A stretch of DNA of 64,000 nt from the NCBI GenBank assembly GCA_965224245.1, contig OZ245046.1, positions 4,448,001 through 4,512,000 on the forward strand, given 5' to 3'. This document shows positions 60,409 to 64,000 of this stretch, in pieces. The notes under the pieces are model-generated. The model had not been told where the DNA came from and ran no database searches. It was given only the letters and a program-made list of their open reading frames with translations. Position numbers and translations under genes: made by a program. This stretch comes from Candidatus Eiseniibacteriota bacterium. Lineage in GTDB: Bacteria > Eisenbacteria > RBG-16-71-46 > CAZAMP01. Every line of letters begins with the position of its first letter. Within the stretch, counting starts at the first letter, position 1.

Positions 60409-61532
60409 CAGGGACCCAGGTATCGATCCACGACGGATCGCCACTCCCGCCGCGAGACCGTCCGCAACAGCGATCGGTTCAGCTCCTCGCGAAGCGGGCT
60501 CCGCGGCGCCAGCGCGAAGCCGTACGACTGGGGCTCGAACGTGAACGGCGCCACGCGGAGCCGACTCGAGTCGAACTGGTTCACCCGGAAGCGCAGCACC
60601 GGGGCGTCGTGCACGAACGCGTCGATCTCACCCTCGAGAAGCCCGGAGAGGCCCGATCTCACGTCGGGGTACGTCCGAGGCTCGATCCCCCGGGCGATCA
60701 TCGCGCGCTCGCCGGTGGCACCGCGAAGCGATCCGACGCGAAGACCGTTCAGATCGCCCACCGATTGCACACCGGCGTCGAGCCAGGCCGCCGTCAGGGA
60801 CGATGCGATCGCCGCGGTGAGGCTCGAGATCGTGATGATCGCCACGAACATCCAGACGAACCCGACGGTGCGTCCGCCGAGCGTCTGCGGCGCCTTGTCG
60901 CCGTAGCCCACCGTGGTCATCGTGACCGCCGCCCACCAGAAGCCCGAGCCGATCCCGTGCCAGGGCCTGCCCCCGAACTGCTCGCGGTTCGCGCGCGACT
61001 CGAACAGCCAGACCACGACGCCGACGGCGAAGAGCACGATGCACAGCGTCAGGAGCGCGCGCCACAGGTCTCCCGCGGCCACGATCCGGGCCAGCTGCCG
61101 CATCGGACCGGCGCTGGCGCCCGCCGTCGCCACTCCGAGCCCGGTCGAGTAGAACGCGTGCGTGAAGTCGAGGCGCCTCTCTCGCTCGTCGGTGATGGTG
61201 ATCGCCCCGACACCGACGTCGATGCGACCGCCGGCGATGCCGGCGAGGAGCGAGTCCAGCGGCAGCTCCACCCATCGATAGGGCCGGTCGAGGTCGGACG
61301 CGATCTCGTTCCAGAGCCACACCGCGATCCCGTCGTGGCCGCCGTTGGGCTTGGCCAGGACGAACGGGGGCGCCTCCTTGGTGGCGACCACGAGCGTGTC
61401 CCGCGTCGACTCCGCGGCGCCCGCCGGCGCGACGAGGATCGCCGCGGCGATGACACTCGCCGCGAGCGCGGCGCCGACCGACGCCAGCGCGGTCGCGGCG
61501 CGACGAAGACGACGATCGAGGTAGGCGGTCAC
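60408..61532 (-). CDS. GluR0-like ligand-gated potassium channel (split periplasmic binding domain + K+ pore)
   Basis: S1 (PPFV, AITITDERERRLDFTHAFY), TM, GFWWAAVTMTTVGYGDKAP filter, TM, S2 (FVHDAPVL, QSYGFAL). Confidence 0.88.
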   Translation of the reverse strand: MTAYLDRRLRRAATALASVGAALAASVIAAAILVAPAGAAESTRDTLVVATKEAPPFVLAKPNGGHDGIAVWLWNEIASDLDRPYRWVELPLDSLLAGIAGGRIDVGVGAITITDERERRLDFTHAFYSTGLGVATAGASAGPMRQLARIVAAGDLWRALLTLCIVLFAVGVVVWLFESRANREQFGGRPWHGIGSGFWWAAVTMTTVGYGDKAPQTLGGRTVGFVWMFVAIITISSLTAAIASSLTAAWLDAGVQSVGDLNGLRVGSLRGATGERAMIARGIEPRTYPDVRSGLSGLLEGEIDAFVHDAPVLRFRVNQFDSSRLRVAPFTFEPQSYGFALAPRSPLREELNRSLLRTVSRREWRSVVDRYLGP

Positions 61533-61770
61533 GGCACCGATCCTCGATCGAACACGGCTGACCGATCTCGCAGGCTCTCGCTCTCGTGCGTGCCACATCT
61601 CGCTGCTCCTCGTCTCGACCCTCGCCGCCCATCGTCCGAGATCGCCGTCCGGGATGCAACCCGAGCCGTCCGACGCCGGCGTTCCGGTCCACCGGCCTCG
61701 TTTGCCGTGCCGTCATCCAGTCCGTAGAATGGTCGCGGCTCGACCGTCACCCGACCTCTGGAGCACACCC

Positions 61771-63597
61771 GTGACCCCTGCCGAATTTCCGGAGACCTCG
61801 TTCGCCGAGTGGCGTGCCGCCGCCCGGGGCGCACACGACGACGCCGGGTTCGAGCGTCGCCTCACCAGCACGATCGACGGTGCGCTCCGCGTCGAGCCCC
61901 TGTACACCCGCGAGAACGCGCCCGAGGGCCCGGCGATCCCGGCCGGGCCGCACGCCCGTCGCTGGATCCTCTGCCAGACGGTGGAGATCCCGGACCCGGA
62001 CGGCGCTCGCCTGGTCGCCCAGGTGAAGGCGCTGGGTGCGACCGGGTTCTGGCTGCAGCCGTCGCCCGGGGCCGGTGCGAACGGGTCCCGTGCGGGCAGG
62101 TCCGACGCGGGGGCGGCCGACGCACGCGCGCTGGTCGCGGCCGCGCTGGGTGAGACCACCGACGACGGTCTCTGGATCGACGTCGATCCCCGCGAGGCGG
62201 ACGAGTTCTCGGGCTTGCTCACGCTCGTACGGTCACGACCGGCGGGCGGCGTCGTCGTCGATCCGGCCGGCGGCCTTCAGGAGAACCGCACCCGGGCTCT
62301 CGACGCGCTCGCCGACCTCGTCTCGGACGTGGCTGGCGCGGCCCGGGGTGTCCGTGTTCTCTGGACCGACCTTCGCGGTGTTCACGCGCGGGGCGCCGAT
62401 GCCGTCACCGAGCTCGGTGTGGCGGCGGCGGCGCTCGTCGAGACGATCGATGCGATGCGGGAGCGCGGCCATGCACTCGATGCGATCGCAGCACGGGTCG
62501 GCGTCACGCTCGAGGTGCCGGACGATCTCTTCACGGGAGTCGCGACGATCCGGGCGCTCCGCGGGCTCTGGGCACGCATCCTGGGTGCCTACGGAGCCGA
62601 TGCGTGCCGGCCGCTGTGGATCCACGCCCGGACGTCGGGACGCGTCGAGACGCGACGGGACCACTGGAGCAACCTCCTGCGCGGCACTCTCGGCGCGTTC
62701 GCGATCGGAGTGGGCGGCGCCGACTCGATCGGCGTGCGGCCCTTCGATGGCGATCGGCGCGCCTCGAACGCGTTCGGTCACCGGATGGCGATCAACACCC
62801 AGCGCATTCTCCTGGACGAGGCCCACCTCGCGGCCGTCGCCGACCCCGTTCGCGGATCCTGGTACGTGGAGTCGCTCACCGACGCGCTCGCCCGCGCGGG
62901 CTGGGACACGTTCCGGGAGATCGTCCGCGCGGGCGGCCTCTCCGGCGCGCCCGAGGGCGCCGGCTGGACGCACGTGCACGAGCGCATCCACCGCCACGCC
63001 GATGTGCGCCGGCGGCAGGTCGCCGACCGCACGACGCCCGTGGTCGGCGTGACGCTCTTCGCACCGACGCCGGGCAGTCGGGCGGCAGCGGCGCCCGCGT
63101 CTCCGGACGTGGACGACCGGATGCGCTGGAGCGAGCCCGTCGAGGCACTTCAGGACGACGCCGACGCCCACGCCGCGAGAACGGGCTCGCGCCCCGGCGT
63201 CTCGATCGTCGTGCTCGGTTCACCCCGGGCGATCCGCGATCGCCTGGCGTTCGTCCACGACGTGCTGGCCGCGGGTGGGCTCGTCGTCTCGGCGACGCAC
63301 GAGCTCCCCGACGGCGATCCGGTAGGCGCACTGGACGTGGACCGTCTCGGCGCGCATCCGGTCGTCGTCTGTGGGCCGGACGACGTCTGCTCGCGGCTCG
63401 TGCCCGATCTCGCGCGTCACCTCGCGGCCGGGGGCATCGGTGAGATCGTCGTCGCCGGTCGGATTCCCGACGACGCACGCGAGACCTGGACGTCGGCAGG
63501 GGTCACCGGATCGGTCCACGTGGGCTCGGACATCGTGGCGCTCCACCGGACGCTGGCCGATGCGATCGGCATCGTGCGAGGTGGAGGTCGGACATGA
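61771..63597 (+). CDS. mutA: Methylmalonyl-CoA mutase small (beta) subunit
   Basis: [54 protein letters not shown]; lacks DxHxxG; ATGA overlap with the large subunit. Confidence 0.85.
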   Translation: MTPAEFPETSFAEWRAAARGAHDDAGFERRLTSTIDGALRVEPLYTRENAPEGPAIPAGPHARRWILCQTVEIPDPDGARLVAQVKALGATGFWLQPSPGAGANGSRAGRSDAGAADARALVAAALGETTDDGLWIDVDPREADEFSGLLTLVRSRPAGGVVVDPAGGLQENRTRALDALADLVSDVAGAARGVRVLWTDLRGVHARGADAVTELGVAAAALVETIDAMRERGHALDAIAARVGVTLEVPDDLFTGVATIRALRGLWARILGAYGADACRPLWIHARTSGRVETRRDHWSNLLRGTLGAFAIGVGGADSIGVRPFDGDRRASNAFGHRMAINTQRILLDEAHLAAVADPVRGSWYVESLTDALARAGWDTFREIVRAGGLSGAPEGAGWTHVHERIHRHADVRRRQVADRTTPVVGVTLFAPTPGSRAAAAPASPDVDDRMRWSEPVEALQDDADAHAARTGSRPGVSIVVLGSPRAIRDRLAFVHDVLAAGGLVVSATHELPDGDPVGALDVDRLGAHPVVVCGPDDVCSRLVPDLARHLAAGGIGEIVVAGRIPDDARETWTSAGVTGSVHVGSDIVALHRTLADAIGIVRGGGRT

Positions 63598-64000
63598 GCG
63601 ATCGCCCCGACTTCGCGTCGCTCGACTACGACGACGCGCCCCCAGCGGCCGAGGGTGCCGGGCCGTCGACCGGCGAGCCGATGCTCGCTCCCGAGGGCAT
63701 CGAGATCGCCCCCCGCTACACGCGAGCCGATCTGGGGCCGGTGCGCCACCTCGACTCGATGCCCGGCTTCCCGCCGTTCGTGCGCGGCCCTTACCCCACG
63801 ATGTACGTCGAGCGCCCGTGGACGATCCGGCAGTACGCGGGCTTCTCGACCGCCGAGGAGAGCAATGCGTTCTACCGGCGCAATCTCGCCGCCGGGCAGC
63901 GCGGGCTCTCCGTCGCGTTCGACCTGGCCACGCACCGCGGATACGACTCCGATCATCCCCGCGTGAAGGGCGACGTGGGCATGGCGGGCGTGGCGATCGA
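63594..64000 (+). CDS. mutB: Methylmalonyl-CoA mutase large (alpha) subunit, 5' part only
   Basis: Not in the track (runs off the window). My translation: [10 protein letters not shown]...[79 protein letters not shown]. Confidence 0.93.
   Translation, partial: MSDRPDFASLDYDDAPPAAEGAGPSTGEPMLAPEGIEIAPRYTRADLGPVRHLDSMPGFPPFVRGPYPTMYVERPWTIRQYAGFSTAEESNAFYRRNLAAGQRGLSVAFDLATHRGYDSDHPRVKGDVGMAGVAI

Overview
64 kb of high-GC (roughly 70% by eye) bacterial chromosome. It is gene-dense, with about 48 credible CDS. I saw no rRNA, tRNA, CRISPR array, integrase or transposase. Housekeeping and metabolic genes include ettA, ppiC, phhB, metH, a clpP paralogue, tyrS, cystathionine beta-synthase, slyX and the methylmalonyl-CoA mutase small and large subunits (large subunit truncated by the window edge). 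Four large secreted proteins share a C-terminal FlgD-Ig/T9SS-CTD-like domain, and a GldA/F/G-like ABC cluster sits among them. This suggests an FCB-related candidate lineage such as Eisenbacteria/Krumholzibacteria (inference only). Highlights: (1) a 67-aa bacterial histone of the Bd0055/HBb type with its own terminator; (2) a TPR + C-terminal winged-helix protein facing a small secreted protein, next to an abrupt codon-usage shift in the 3' end of metH; (3) a translationally coupled DUF455 diiron + ATP-grasp gene pair followed by a PLP enzyme; (4) an ArsS radical-SAM cluster without a canonical ArsM; (5) a kinase-STAND-TPR protein coupled to a methyltransferase, lying between two paralogous secreted proteins of unknown function; (6) a GluR0-like K+ channel. 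Many long ORFs in the supplied track are GC-driven shadow ORFs. I re-picked start codons from RBS and protein logic, so they are approximate.
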